Below, piece after piece: positions 14,396-24,106 of a stretch of DNA of 64,000 nt. Under the pieces are notes generated by a model. The model saw nothing but the letters and a program-made list of their open reading frames with translations. It searched no databases and had not been told where the DNA came from. Source of the stretch: a virus (Duplodnaviria > Caudoviricetes); the IMG/VR virus record IMGVR_UViG_3300047272_000250, positions 1 to 64,000 of that record; one strand, 5' to 3'. Each line of letters starts with the position of its first letter. Positions within the stretch are counted from its first letter, which is position 1. Both the position numbers and the translations under genes were made by a program.

Positions 14396-17300
14396 TTTAT
14401 CTCCTTTAGTACGATAGTCCCATCATCAGTATTGCTAAATACTAGCTCTACATTCTGACCTGGTTTCATTTTACCCAGTGCTCTTGCGTATAGTGTAGGG
14501 AATGCAATTGCTCTAATCAATCCCTTATCCTTATCTGAGACAATAGTGTGAGCCATCATCTTACCAGCCTTGGTCTTGTAGTTTGTAAAATCAACTACAT
14601 AAAAATTGTTTTCTTCTAATTCAAACTTCTTAGAGTATAGGAAGTTAACGAAAGCATCAGACCTATCCTCACGGACAACTCTATCTACTTCTACATATCT
14701 ATGAATACGGTTATCTCCCACCAAGAAGAAATACATCTGTCCTGGCTCAATTGAAGTTCCCTCGTCATGGAATACTCCAGCAGAACCACTCTCATCTACC
14801 AGCTCAACTCTAGACCAGCCTGTTCCTCGCTTGATAGACTTAACCATAGACATAAACACAAATGTGCCAAGCTCTTCAAAGTCTTCTAGTCTGTTGATCT
14901 GTGACTTAATTGCTGGGGTAATACCACTAATATCGAACTTAGGGATATTAAGATACTCGTAGAAGCTATCCTTTTCCTTACCAGTTCTAGGGTTGTCATC
15001 AAATGAAGCACCGCCAATTAGGTTAAGCGCATCAATAGCTCTGCTACTAATACCACTTCCCTTTTCCCCAGCCTTTTCCTTTAGGTCAGCGTAGTTTGCA
15101 AATGGTCTGTTGGAGATAATGTTGTGTGCAATCTTTTCAGAGATAAACTTAACGTTACCTAATCCAAATCGAATGCTGTTATCTTGAATACTGAAGTCAA
15201 TATCAGACTCGTTAACGTGTGGAAGCAGAACCTTGATACCTAGGCGCTTAGCCTCAATAAGATAGTCTGTTCGTGCATCCTTGTCACCCTCGTTCTTTAG
15301 GAGGGCAAACATAAACTCTAGCGGATAGTAAAGCTTAAGCCAAGCTGTCCAATAAGAAACCATAGAATAAGCGATAGCGTGAGACCTGTTAAAAGAGTAC
15401 CCAGCATGAGCTTCAAAGCTATGCCATAGAGAATCTGCTGCCTCTTTTGTGATGAATCTAGCAGCGCCCGATGTAAACTTTTCTTTGAATTGATCAAATT
15501 CTTTTGCATCCTTCTTCTTTCCAATGATCTTACGGACCTTATCTGCTTCTGCCCATGTCATTCCACCTAGGTGCACACAGGCCTGCATAACTTGCTCCTG
15601 ATATATAATAACACCATATGTTCTCTCAGTAAAATCCTTCATGATTGGGTGGATATAAGCCACTTCTTCATTCATATTCTTACGATTAATATATGCTGCG
15701 CCTACAGTATTCATAGCACCTGGACGTACAAGAGCATTTGATGCTGCAAGATCCTCAAACTTATCTACACCCATCTTCATAAGAAGGTTTGTGTAAGGTA
15801 CCGCTTCTGCCTGGAACACGCCCTTGGTAAAGCCCTTTGAAAGAGATTCATATACCCTTGGATCATCTAGCTTAAGAGATGACAAATCAATTGTATTAGA
15901 ATGTCTAGACTTAATCATGGCAAGCGTATCAGAGATAACTGCTAGTGTCTTTAGGCCAAGTACGTCAAGCTTAATAAGCCCAATATCTGCAACAGTGTCC
16001 ATATCATATGCAACGACTGGGACTCTACCGCTAACCTTGTCTGAAGGGTCTGTACGTGTTTCAATAGGTGCATAGGTATTCAGCTCTTTCTTTGCAACGA
16101 CAACGCCTGCAGCATGCATACCCACAGAACGAATTCGTCCACGGAGTTGACGTGCAAGCTTAACTACTTCTGGATACTTCTTTCTAAACCACTCTACGTT
16201 ATCTGATTCTTCAAAGTCTTCAAATGTATCGATAACCTTAAGGGCCTTGTTAACATCTCCTAGCGGAACCATGTAAACACGAGCAGCATCACGAACAACA
16301 CCCTTATCCTTAAAGTATGTAAAGGTTGAGATAGATGCTACGTTCTTAAACTTCTTTCGAATGTAATCCTTAACCTCACCACGACGTCTATCCTCAAAGT
16401 CTGAGTCGATATCTGGGAAGTCATTACGCTCTTCATTAATAAATCGGAAGAACAGTAGGTCATACTTAATAGGATCAACCTCTGTGATACCCATTAGATA
16501 ACATACTAAAGAGCCTGCAGCAGAACCACGACCAGGACCAACCATAATCCCGTTGTCCTTAGCCCACTTAATCATATCTGCAATAACCAAGAAGTAGGAA
16601 GCAAAGTCTTTGTTCTTGATAACTCGAAGCTCTTCATCCAGTCTAGATTCATACTGGTCATTACCAATATCTTCTGATGTAAGATTCATCTTCTTCATAG
16701 CCTCTAGGCAGATAGACTTAACCTTCTCGTCTGGATCTTCCTTTGGGCGTGGAAGGATATTAAGTCCTTGCTGGAACTCATACTCTTCAATGCTGTCTGA
16801 GATAGCAACTGTGTTGTCATAGATATCTGTTCTAGTAATACCCTGAGCAGCCATCTGCTTTTCCATTGTTGCTCTATCCATAACATAAACATCAAGATGC
16901 TCAAAGCTAATCTTGCGGTCAGGATATAGATAGTTAAATCTTTCAAATACGTTATTAATAAGTCTAGACTTCTCAAAGTCTACCTCTTTGTTTGCCTTTG
17001 GTGAAGTAGATAGGATTAGCATTGCTTCTTCTAGTGCCCGCTCTTCTTCTCGTGAGAAGTGGCAGTCTGCAGTTACGACTGGCTTAATGCCTACGGCATC
17101 AGCAATCTCTAGCAACTTATGGTTTAATTCTTGTGGGTTATGTGGCTGAATCTCCATGTAGAAGTTATCGCCAAACGTTGTAGCAAACCACTTAGCCAAC
17201 ATACGTGCTTCATCTTCTTCTCCACGCTCAATAGCTTTAGATATAAGACCATTCATGCAACCAGAAAGGACAATAAGACCTTCCTTATACTCAGCAAGAA

Positions 17301-17685
17301 TCTCACGATCAATACGTGGCTTGTGATAGTATCCTTCTGTCCAAGCAATTTCAGATAGCTTGTTTAGGTTCTTAACACCCTGCTTATTTTGTGCAAGCAA
17401 GATAATGTGGTTAAAGATAGATGTGTTGTCATCACGCTTACTTGTATCACGCTTATCAAATCTGTCGGTAGCAGAAATGTACGCTTCTATGCCTAGGATA
17501 GGCTTCATGCCTAGTTCCTTGGCTGATATCTGCATATCTCTGTGACTTGATAGCGTTCCATGATCTGTAATAGCTAATGCATTTTGACCTAAGTCTTTTG
17601 CAGCCTGCAATAATTCGGCAGTGCTATTGAGACCATCCATAACACTATACTGTGAATGAACATGTAAATGTGTGAAGTTTGACAT
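14392..17685 (-). CDS. dnaE: DNA polymerase III alpha subunit with intact PHP domain
   Basis: HLHVHS, TDHG, GRGSAAGS, PDIDSD, YSFNRSHA. Confidence 0.97.
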   Translation of the reverse strand: MSNFTHLHVHSQYSVMDGLNSTAELLQAAKDLGQNALAITDHGTLSSHRDMQISAKELGMKPILGIEAYISATDRFDKRDTSKRDDNTSIFNHIILLAQNKQGVKNLNKLSEIAWTEGYYHKPRIDREILAEYKEGLIVLSGCMNGLISKAIERGEEDEARMLAKWFATTFGDNFYMEIQPHNPQELNHKLLEIADAVGIKPVVTADCHFSREEERALEEAMLILSTSPKANKEVDFEKSRLINNVFERFNYLYPDRKISFEHLDVYVMDRATMEKQMAAQGITRTDIYDNTVAISDSIEEYEFQQGLNILPRPKEDPDEKVKSICLEAMKKMNLTSEDIGNDQYESRLDEELRVIKNKDFASYFLVIADMIKWAKDNGIMVGPGRGSAAGSLVCYLMGITEVDPIKYDLLFFRFINEERNDFPDIDSDFEDRRRGEVKDYIRKKFKNVASISTFTYFKDKGVVRDAARVYMVPLGDVNKALKVIDTFEDFEESDNVEWFRKKYPEVVKLARQLRGRIRSVGMHAAGVVVAKKELNTYAPIETRTDPSDKVSGRVPVVAYDMDTVADIGLIKLDVLGLKTLAVISDTLAMIKSRHSNTIDLSSLKLDDPRVYESLSKGFTKGVFQAEAVPYTNLLMKMGVDKFEDLAASNALVRPGAMNTVGAAYINRKNMNEEVAYIHPIMKDFTERTYGVIIYQEQVMQACVHLGGMTWAEADKVRKIIGKKKDAKEFDQFKEKFTSGAARFITKEAADSLWHSFEAHAGYSFNRSHAIAYSMVSYWTAWLKLYYPLEFMFALLKNEGDKDARTDYLIEAKRLGIKVLLPHVNESDIDFSIQDNSIRFGLGNVKFISEKIAHNIISNRPFANYADLKEKAGEKGSGISSRAIDALNLIGGASFDDNPRTGKEKDSFYEYLNIPKFDISGITPAIKSQINRLEDFEELGTFVFMSMVKSIKRGTGWSRVELVDESGSAGVFHDEGTSIEPGQMYFFLVGDNRIHRYVEVDRVVREDRSDAFVNFLYSKKFELEENNFYVVDFTNYKTKAGKMMAHTIVSDKDKGLIRAIAFPTLYARALGKMKPGQNVELVFSNTDDGTIVLKEIK

Positions 17686-17698
17686 AATTACTTTCTGG

Positions 17699-17726
17699 AA
17701 AGGGTGGGGGCTTTTACACCCCCACC
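17699..17726 (-). terminator. GC-rich hairpin between SSB and dnaE
   Basis: GGTGGGGG-TGTAAAAG-CCCCCACC followed by CTTT. Confidence 0.65.
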
Positions 17727-17731
17727 GACGA

Positions 17732-18409
17732 TTACCACTCTACTTTAGATGAAGTGTCTGCAGAAGAATCTTCTGCGCCTTCTTCGGACTCACCGAACAT
17801 ATAGAACTTCTCTTGCTCGTCAAATGCAACTTCCTTGACTGCAACCTTTTCAAGATCAAAGAGTTCATACTTTGCAGCATCAAACTTTTCTTTGTCTTGA
17901 CCTAGAGAAATACCTACATACTCAGTTGAAGTACCTGTGCCTGAACGCTTCAAGCGCCATGTGAGATTTGAGATACTTCCCATTTCTCCAGCATATTCAA
18001 TAAGTGTTGGTGTGATTGTCTTGCCACTTGTACCCTGCGAAAGGATAGCGACGTAAGGATCTTCCTTGCCGTCATCGACGAGAACGTTAATGTATAGACG
18101 ACTACGAGCTTTCCAGCCTGCCTTGTAGTCCTTGCGGTGTTGCTCACATGCCCAGCAACGACCCTGGTCATCTGAAGTACAGAGAGCCTTTGAGCGATAG
18201 TTGTTTGGATTTGTGTGTTCGGCTGCGATGAAACCTAGTCCAGCCTTTTCGTTGTAATCTGGTGAGTCTGGATCAAGTTCCTGTAGGAAGCGCATCTTGA
18301 TTGATTCGCCATCCGCTAGCTTAACCCAACGTGCTTTGCTGCCATCTGAATCTCCAGATGACTTGTCCATTACGGACGTGATATTTTTTAGACCTTTTAC
18401 GATAGCCAT
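17732..18409 (-). CDS. Single-stranded DNA-binding protein (T4 gp32-like)
   Basis: H...C...CWAC zinc motif, LKRSGTGTSTEY, acidic C-terminal tail. Confidence 0.82.
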   Translation of the reverse strand: MAIVKGLKNITSVMDKSSGDSDGSKARWVKLADGESIKMRFLQELDPDSPDYNEKAGLGFIAAEHTNPNNYRSKALCTSDDQGRCWACEQHRKDYKAGWKARSRLYINVLVDDGKEDPYVAILSQGTSGKTITPTLIEYAGEMGSISNLTWRLKRSGTGTSTEYVGISLGQDKEKFDAAKYELFDLEKVAVKEVAFDEQEKFYMFGESEEGAEDSSADTSSKVEW

Positions 18410-18474
18410 GTGTTATATATATTCCTTTTCATATAGTTTGAAGCTATAAATGCTTCTGTCATTCTAGTATACAC
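18410..18474 (-). promoter_or_regulatory. SSB promoter and structured AU-rich leader (candidate autoregulatory operator)
   Basis: GTGTATACT -10 element; GAAGC-ATTTATA-GCTTC-AAA-CTATA potential pseudoknot. Confidence 0.5.
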
Positions 18475-18478
18475 TATC

Positions 18479-19504
18479 TTAGTAGATTCCCCAAGAGGCA
18501 TACTCATAATTTGGGACGGAATTTTCAATACATTGTTTGATCTCTGCATCTGTCATATCTCCCATATCCTTAGCCCCATGTGGATAAATAACTTTATAGT
18601 CATAGGATGCCCATTGAACATCCTTATTTTTTAGCTTATAGGCAATTGAGTTACCTAAATCCCGTCCTGGATTCTTTCCATTATGGGTACTCTTATCGTC
18701 AAAGTCTGTGGCTATAATTATCTTGGTAAAGTACCTGTTTAATAGATTATAGTTTGTTGGACTTAAATGTCCTCCAAGAGTAGCTACGACGTTTGGGTAT
18801 CCCGCCTGATGAATTCTCATTGCATCAAACGAAGCTTCCGTGATGATTACCGTGGATGAAAGACGCTTAGCTCTATGAATATTGAACAGTGTCTTAGTCT
18901 TTGGTAACCCTGTAGAGTTTTTGAACTTCTTCTCTTCTGTGCCCCGACCAACAATTCCTATAGGTAATCCATCTGGTGCATGGACTGGAACTGTAACCAT
19001 TTTCTGATTGTGTGAGTAACCAATTTGGAAGTAATGAATAGTGTCGTCATTAAATCCACGAGAGTGCATATAATCACGCCCCTCTTTGTACTCAGCCATT
19101 TCTTTCCAGAGCTTGTCCATTGTTTCTGGTGGGAAAGGAACAAACTCTGGCTTCTCTTCTAATACTTCGATGATCTGTTCATCGAAATCCTGTAGTGAAT
19201 CTGTTACGCTCTTTGAGATAAGTCTAAGAGACTCAAACTCATTACGCTTTGTGATTGTCTTAACTAGTTCTTGCAAAGATCCGCTTGCACCGCATGAAGG
19301 GTTGAAGCATAGGAATAGACCAGTCTCTTTTGAAACTGATAAGCTTGGTGTATTTTTATTTCCGTGGATAGGGCAGAGGCAGAGAAAGTCGTTTCCAGTT
19401 TCGCCTACGATTGAGACAGAGATTGCTTTGAGGACCTTTTTGACTTGTCTCTCTGTATACTGCGTGGAAGCATCTTGTTGTTTGAGATTCCCTCTATATG
19501 CCAT
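18479..19504 (-). CDS. DnaG-type DNA primase
   Basis: CPIH...CFNPSC zinc finger; TOPRIM motifs ITEASFD and ATDFD. Confidence 0.92.
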   Translation of the reverse strand: MAYRGNLKQQDASTQYTERQVKKVLKAISVSIVGETGNDFLCLCPIHGNKNTPSLSVSKETGLFLCFNPSCGASGSLQELVKTITKRNEFESLRLISKSVTDSLQDFDEQIIEVLEEKPEFVPFPPETMDKLWKEMAEYKEGRDYMHSRGFNDDTIHYFQIGYSHNQKMVTVPVHAPDGLPIGIVGRGTEEKKFKNSTGLPKTKTLFNIHRAKRLSSTVIITEASFDAMRIHQAGYPNVVATLGGHLSPTNYNLLNRYFTKIIIATDFDDKSTHNGKNPGRDLGNSIAYKLKNKDVQWASYDYKVIYPHGAKDMGDMTDAEIKQCIENSVPNYEYASWGIY

Positions 19505-19749
19505 GCCTTAACCTTTCCTACGTATACTCCATGTGTGGTCAACATAAATGACCAAGTTTGATCTTCGCTATTATATGATACAGAGAACGTAGGGTCTATG
19601 TCAAGGACTGGAATATATCCATCTCCACGCATAGACTGCACGATCATAGATTCGTATTGGGCACGGACTCTGATCATATCAGAGTCATCTCTAAATATTC
19701 CATCAATCTGGAATCTCTTTATTCTTTTGTGGGTCAAACTGCATGCCAA
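19405..19749 (-). CDS. Hypothetical phage protein
   Basis: ORF between helicase and primase. Confidence 0.7.
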   Translation of the reverse strand: MACSLTHKRIKRFQIDGIFRDDSDMIRVRAQYESMIVQSMRGDGYIPVLDIDPTFSVSYNSEDQTWSFMLTTHGVYVGKVKAWHIEGISNNKMLPRSIQRDKSKRSSKQSLSQS

Positions 19750-19750
19750 T

Positions 19751-20974
19751 CTACTCGTACAGTTCTTTAATTATACCCCTATCGATATCCCAGTCCAAAT
19801 AAAAGCTGAAGTCTTTGCCATGTCGGTTCTTGCGTGAAACTACCTCAATAAGGTTAGTGTCAGGGTGTCTGTGGATAGCCATGGCGATATCCGCATCATA
19901 TTCAATAGCCTTTGACCAAGCAACTTGGCTCATCATTGGCGGATTATCCTGGTCTGAAACATCATCTGCAGTTGCAGCTGTAATGTCAATAACAGGGATA
20001 TTGTTAGTAACTGCTAGCATCTTAAACTCACGAGATACGTTTCTGTTACGTTCTACTTCTGAGTTTGAGCGCTTGTTATCATTAAACAACTGGTGATAGT
20101 CAAGGATAACTAGATCAGGCTTATGCTGGTCAATCTTTCCCTGTACTGTAGCAGGTGTAACTTCATTAGTACCTTCGTTAGATACTAGGATAAACCCACG
20201 CTTATCCTTGAAGCTTGTCCCCGCCCAGTTGCTAAAGTCATCAATGTTTACATCTCCACGCTGGAAGTTAGAGGCTCTAAACATACCGCTACCCAACATT
20301 GTGTAGATACGGTCACGCATATTCTCTGGTGACATTTCAAGAGAGATGATCATTGGCTTAAAACCTGCTTCCCAAGCCTTACATGCAAGGTAGGATGTAA
20401 ACCATGTCTTACCACGTCCTGGCCAGCCGATAGCGACGATTAGGTGTCCAGGGGCCATACCAGTTGGGTATGCAGCATCAATAGCCTTAAAACCCGTTGG
20501 AATGCCTGGAGAACCACCCATAACGGCAGAGCGTTCACGAACTGCTAGATAGTGGTTAGTCGCAGACTCAACATCTGTAATGTCTAGGTCTCGAACGTTA
20601 TTAGTAAACTTACTTAATCCAGCTAACTGCTGTTGCATCTGCTGCAGCACTCTTGCTGGAGCATTCTCTTTAAGAGCTGAGCCAGAGTTTAGAAGAACAG
20701 TCTTGATCTTATTGCCAAGGAACTCTGACTTCATCTGCTCTAGATAGAATCCAGTTTCAGCCTTTACCTCAACTGCATCAAAGTCTCTAAACTTATCTTG
20801 TAATACACCTACGTCAGGCACTGCTCTGAACTTATAATAGTATGACTTTAAGCCATCCCATACGTCCTTGTGTGACTGAAAAACTTCATCAACATTGTCT
20901 GCTAGGAGAACGCTAATATCTTTATTCTTACATACTGCGCTAATTACTGCTGCTTCTGTGTTCACTCTGTTCAC
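19751..20974 (-). CDS. dnaB: DnaB-like replicative helicase
   Basis: GWPGRGKT, ISLEM, ILDYHQL, IEYDAD, KNRHG. Confidence 0.94.
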   Translation of the reverse strand: MNRVNTEAAVISAVCKNKDISVLLADNVDEVFQSHKDVWDGLKSYYYKFRAVPDVGVLQDKFRDFDAVEVKAETGFYLEQMKSEFLGNKIKTVLLNSGSALKENAPARVLQQMQQQLAGLSKFTNNVRDLDITDVESATNHYLAVRERSAVMGGSPGIPTGFKAIDAAYPTGMAPGHLIVAIGWPGRGKTWFTSYLACKAWEAGFKPMIISLEMSPENMRDRIYTMLGSGMFRASNFQRGDVNIDDFSNWAGTSFKDKRGFILVSNEGTNEVTPATVQGKIDQHKPDLVILDYHQLFNDNKRSNSEVERNRNVSREFKMLAVTNNIPVIDITAATADDVSDQDNPPMMSQVAWSKAIEYDADIAMAIHRHPDTNLIEVVSRKNRHGKDFSFYLDWDIDRGIIKELYE

Positions 20975-21293
20975 GCTCCTCTACCATTTGCTTAGTTAAT
21001 TCTTTTAGCTTTCTTCTGTGCTCTATATCTTCAGCCTGTGCTTCTAATGTCTTATCAATATTATCAAAGTTCATGAAGAAGTAATTGACTGGGTGACCAT
21101 ACTTAGATGTCTTAAAGTAATACTCAAGGAGCTCTTTGGCTCTATCAAACCCGACGGACTCGATAACATCTTGCATTCCCCACTTCTCACGATATCTATT
21201 TACTACTGGCTTCTTGCCATACTTTTCAGTATACAGTACCTCATAAAGAGAAATCAATACATAAGGAAGCTTTGGATCACTTTTTGTTGCCAT
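20940..21293 (-). CDS. Hypothetical protein upstream of helicase (possible loader)
   Basis: Probable start MATKSDPK; position in the operon. Confidence 0.65.
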   Translation of the reverse strand: MATKSDPKLPYVLISLYEVLYTEKYGKKPVVNRYREKWGMQDVIESVGFDRAKELLEYYFKTSKYGHPVNYFFMNFDNIDKTLEAQAEDIEHRRKLKELTKQMVEEREQSEHRSSSN

Positions 21294-21501
21294 GAAGTTC
21301 TTCTGCAATCTCCTCAGACTTCTCAATAAGCTTTTCTTCTACAAAAGCATATACTCTATCTGTGGCTTCGCCAATCTTTTCTCCTGGCCTTACATAATCC
21401 TGAATACCAATATCTACACGCAGACTTTCAAAGTTTCCTAGATTCTTGGTAAATCCCAAAGATACGTTGATCTTGGTTCCTGTTGATTCAATATCTGTCA
21501 T
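21277..21501 (-). CDS. Conserved phage hypothetical protein
   Basis: LGFTKNLGNFESLRVD motif. Confidence 0.75.
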   Translation of the reverse strand: MTDIESTGTKINVSLGFTKNLGNFESLRVDIGIQDYVRPGEKIGEATDRVYAFVEEKLIEKSEEIAEELHGNKK

Positions 21502-21752
21502 TATTCATCCTCATCATTAGCGTGAAATCCCAGTTTAGCACGTCTTCCTGGTTCTTGTCCAGGACCAGAGTCCATCATGTCTCCAAGTTCCATCCAACCC
21601 TTAGCAACCATGAGCATGCCCTCAATGTTTCTAGAATTAACTGCAACCTCTCCAGCTTCTTCTAAATATGTGGCAGATCGTGCAAATGCTAAGTTTTGGC
21701 TCATAACAATATCCTCTACTGTCTCTTCTTGTTGCTGCTTTTTCTTAGCCAT
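21501..21752 (-). CDS. Hypothetical protein
   Basis: Translationally coupled ORF. Confidence 0.7.
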   Translation of the reverse strand: MAKKKQQQEETVEDIVMSQNLAFARSATYLEEAGEVAVNSRNIEGMLMVAKGWMELGDMMDSGPGQEPGRRAKLGFHANDEDE

Positions 21753-21755
21753 ACA

Positions 21756-22271
21756 TCACCACTCTGGTTGCTTCCATACTGGTACAAACTCTCCGTCTTC
21801 TGTTTGTTGATAAAGAATTGTTTCATTCTTCATTCTAGATCTAAGCTCTTGCTTAGTTGGGACATTCTTTGCAGTTATAAGTCCATCTTTTCTTGGACGA
21901 CCTCTATGCAATGAAGATAGAAATTCTCTTACATCCATAATATCATCCTCTGATAGCAAGTACTTTACTGGTTGTCTTTTCTCGTCTAGGGTATAAGTCA
22001 TCTTAGGCTTCTTAATCTGCCCTCGCTCAATGTACTCTAGTATACGATTTCTATGTCTATTAAGAAGTCCTGCGGTTTCATTAATAGTATAAGCTTGCTG
22101 CAGGTTTCTTTTGGTATCGCTCCATAAATAACCTACACGCTTGCCTTGGTCATAGTTCCAAGAGGTAATCATGTCAGAAGCTCTATTTACGTGGAGCTTC
22201 TTATGAAGTTCCCCGTTTAGGAAAAAGTACCGTAGACTCTTGCTCTTTCGGCTTCCCTTTTCATTAGCCAT
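21756..22271 (-). CDS. HTH (MerR/excisionase-like) DNA-binding protein
   Basis: YTINETAGLLNRHRNRILEYIERG; GRPRK AT-hook-like motif; start re-called at MANEK. Confidence 0.7.
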   Translation of the reverse strand: MANEKGSRKSKSLRYFFLNGELHKKLHVNRASDMITSWNYDQGKRVGYLWSDTKRNLQQAYTINETAGLLNRHRNRILEYIERGQIKKPKMTYTLDEKRQPVKYLLSEDDIMDVREFLSSLHRGRPRKDGLITAKNVPTKQELRSRMKNETILYQQTEDGEFVPVWKQPEW

Positions 22272-22408
22272 GACGCAAATCTGCTCCCTTGTTTGTGGAA
22301 AATCCATCTCTTTGCACATTTAATGCAATACAGCTCTAAGTGATCATACTGTGAGTAAACTCTGTCGATAAAGACTCGACCACCATTACATCGTCTACAC
22401 GTCATCAT
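22217..22408 (-). CDS. Zinc-ribbon protein
   Basis: CRRC...CIKC. Confidence 0.75.
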   Translation of the reverse strand: MMTCRRCNGGRVFIDRVYSQYDHLELYCIKCAKRWIFHKQGSRFASWLMKREAERARVYGTFS

Positions 22409-23205
22409 ACTTTAAATACCTTACCATCTACCACGCAAGAATAGTCTGGGGCAACATGGATCATCTGAATATGTGGATAATCATTTACAATATGTGCTAT
22501 GGCAAAGCCCTTCTGCCAATCGTGATGTTGTGTATACTTCATTCCTGGACCCTTTTCATCACACATGTGACCAATTTCATATCCACGCAATGTCTCACCT
22601 TCGCCATTGTTACGCAACTCGTAAGTAACTAGGTGTGAGGCAATTCTGTGTGAGTGTCCTCGGATCAAGGAAACCTGTAGGTCTTCCATGTCTTTTCTAA
22701 CAGCACCCGTGGCTGATACTGAAAGACCATGGTGTACGTGAATGTCTCCAAAGCGTCGCTTAGGAAGCTCATTGTAATAGATATACTCATAGCCCAAAGA
22801 GTCTAGAGACCATAGCGATTCTGGAGTTACGTCGTTTGCGTAATCTGGAAGCTTCTTGTCAACATAATCAAAGATACGAATATCATGGTTTCCTAGCGCA
22901 GAGAACAACTGTGCGTTTGGAAGCATCTCTCTTGTCTTTGTATAAAAATCTCTTGCGCCCTTTGACTCATGGCGCATCAGTGGGACAATTAAATCCTTGC
23001 TATCATTCTTGTGGTGCTCTAAAAATTCTGCTGAACGACCTTCTGTATATTTACTATAGCATGCCTGATCATCCGTATCTCCAAGATAATCCACTACGTC
23101 TGGCTTAAACCACTTCATTACTTTAAACCATAGCTCAATCATCTTATCATCTTGGTATGGAAATTGCTGGTCGGATGAAAGCATCCACTTTAAATCGTTG
23201 CTCAT
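22405..23205 (-). CDS. Calcineurin-like metallophosphoesterase
   Basis: SD, GD..D, GNHD, HHG, GHSH. Confidence 0.88.
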   Translation of the reverse strand: MSNDLKWMLSSDQQFPYQDDKMIELWFKVMKWFKPDVVDYLGDTDDQACYSKYTEGRSAEFLEHHKNDSKDLIVPLMRHESKGARDFYTKTREMLPNAQLFSALGNHDIRIFDYVDKKLPDYANDVTPESLWSLDSLGYEYIYYNELPKRRFGDIHVHHGLSVSATGAVRKDMEDLQVSLIRGHSHRIASHLVTYELRNNGEGETLRGYEIGHMCDEKGPGMKYTQHHDWQKGFAIAHIVNDYPHIQMIHVAPDYSCVVDGKVFKV

Positions 23206-23230
23206 TAAAAGCCTTTCTCGCTCTTATACA

Positions 23231-23259
23231 ATAATACTCTTGCCCTGACTAACTGTCAA
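23231..23259 (-). promoter_or_regulatory. Consensus promoter heading the replication block
   Basis: TTGACA-17 nt-TATTAT. Confidence 0.75.
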
Positions 23260-23519
23260 GTGTTTTTATGTGCATATCGATGTTCTCTTTCCAAACATGG
23301 GAAGAGATTGTTTATCGAGTTGTTTTCTGTATTACCATCTATATGATGAACTGTTTCCCAAGCTTTGAGAACTCTACCTATAGATCTTTCTACAGATAGT
23401 CTATGTTCATAATACCACCCGCCGTCAAATGACTTTGGATGTTCTGGTATCCAGATGACTATATATTTATTTAGTTTTTTATTCTTACGGTTGGACCAAT
23501 TCAAAATTGGTTCGTACAT
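23256..23519 (-). CDS. HNH endonuclease (minimal HNH_3-like)
   Basis: YEHR...VHHIDGNTENNSINNL...EH. Confidence 0.85.
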   Translation of the reverse strand: MYEPILNWSNRKNKKLNKYIVIWIPEHPKSFDGGWYYEHRLSVERSIGRVLKAWETVHHIDGNTENNSINNLFPCLEREHRYAHKNT

Positions 23520-24106
23520 CAGTATGTAACTTTAATGTCCAAGCCTAGATTTACGTACAGTCTACCGTACATTCCAGTAGAAGTACTACTTGGACCAGTG
23601 CTGCCAGAAGTATATTTTCCAGTTACTGGCTTTGGCGTATATGAAAGCTGGTTATTACTTACTTGAAGCCCAGATAGTTGTGCTCCAGTTGCAGCACGAA
23701 GAGTTCCTTCTTGTGCTCCTGCTGGGATAAACATAAGGCTTTTAACATTAACTCCAACACATTGGAATGACTTAATTGTCTTTCCTCCAAGTGCTGATTG
23801 AACCATCTCAACAGTAATATTCTTCTTTGTAAGAGTCTGCTGATTAAATCTTGCAATATAACTTAGATTAATAGAGAGATCTGTGATTGGGGCATAAGCA
23901 TCTGCTGGATTAGTTTGAGTAGTTGTTGATCCAGAAGTTCCTCCAGTTGCACCAGCATTAGTTACCACAGGTGCCTGTGGAGCAGGAAGCTTATATATCT
24001 GAGCTATTTGACTAGCAAGGAAGTTGACATTCTGAATGACCTTATTAAGGACTTCTATGTCTATAGGCTCCCCTGGTTCAAACTGCTTCAGATAATTTAT
24101 TGTCAA
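23519..24106 (-). CDS. Putative minor tail protein
   Basis: GEPID...LN N-terminal motif; located at the end of the tail operon. Confidence 0.55.
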   Translation of the reverse strand: MTINYLKQFEPGEPIDIEVLNKVIQNVNFLASQIAQIYKLPAPQAPVVTNAGATGGTSGSTTTQTNPADAYAPITDLSINLSYIARFNQQTLTKKNITVEMVQSALGGKTIKSFQCVGVNVKSLMFIPAGAQEGTLRAATGAQLSGLQVSNNQLSYTPKPVTGKYTSGSTGPSSTSTGMYGRLYVNLGLDIKVTY

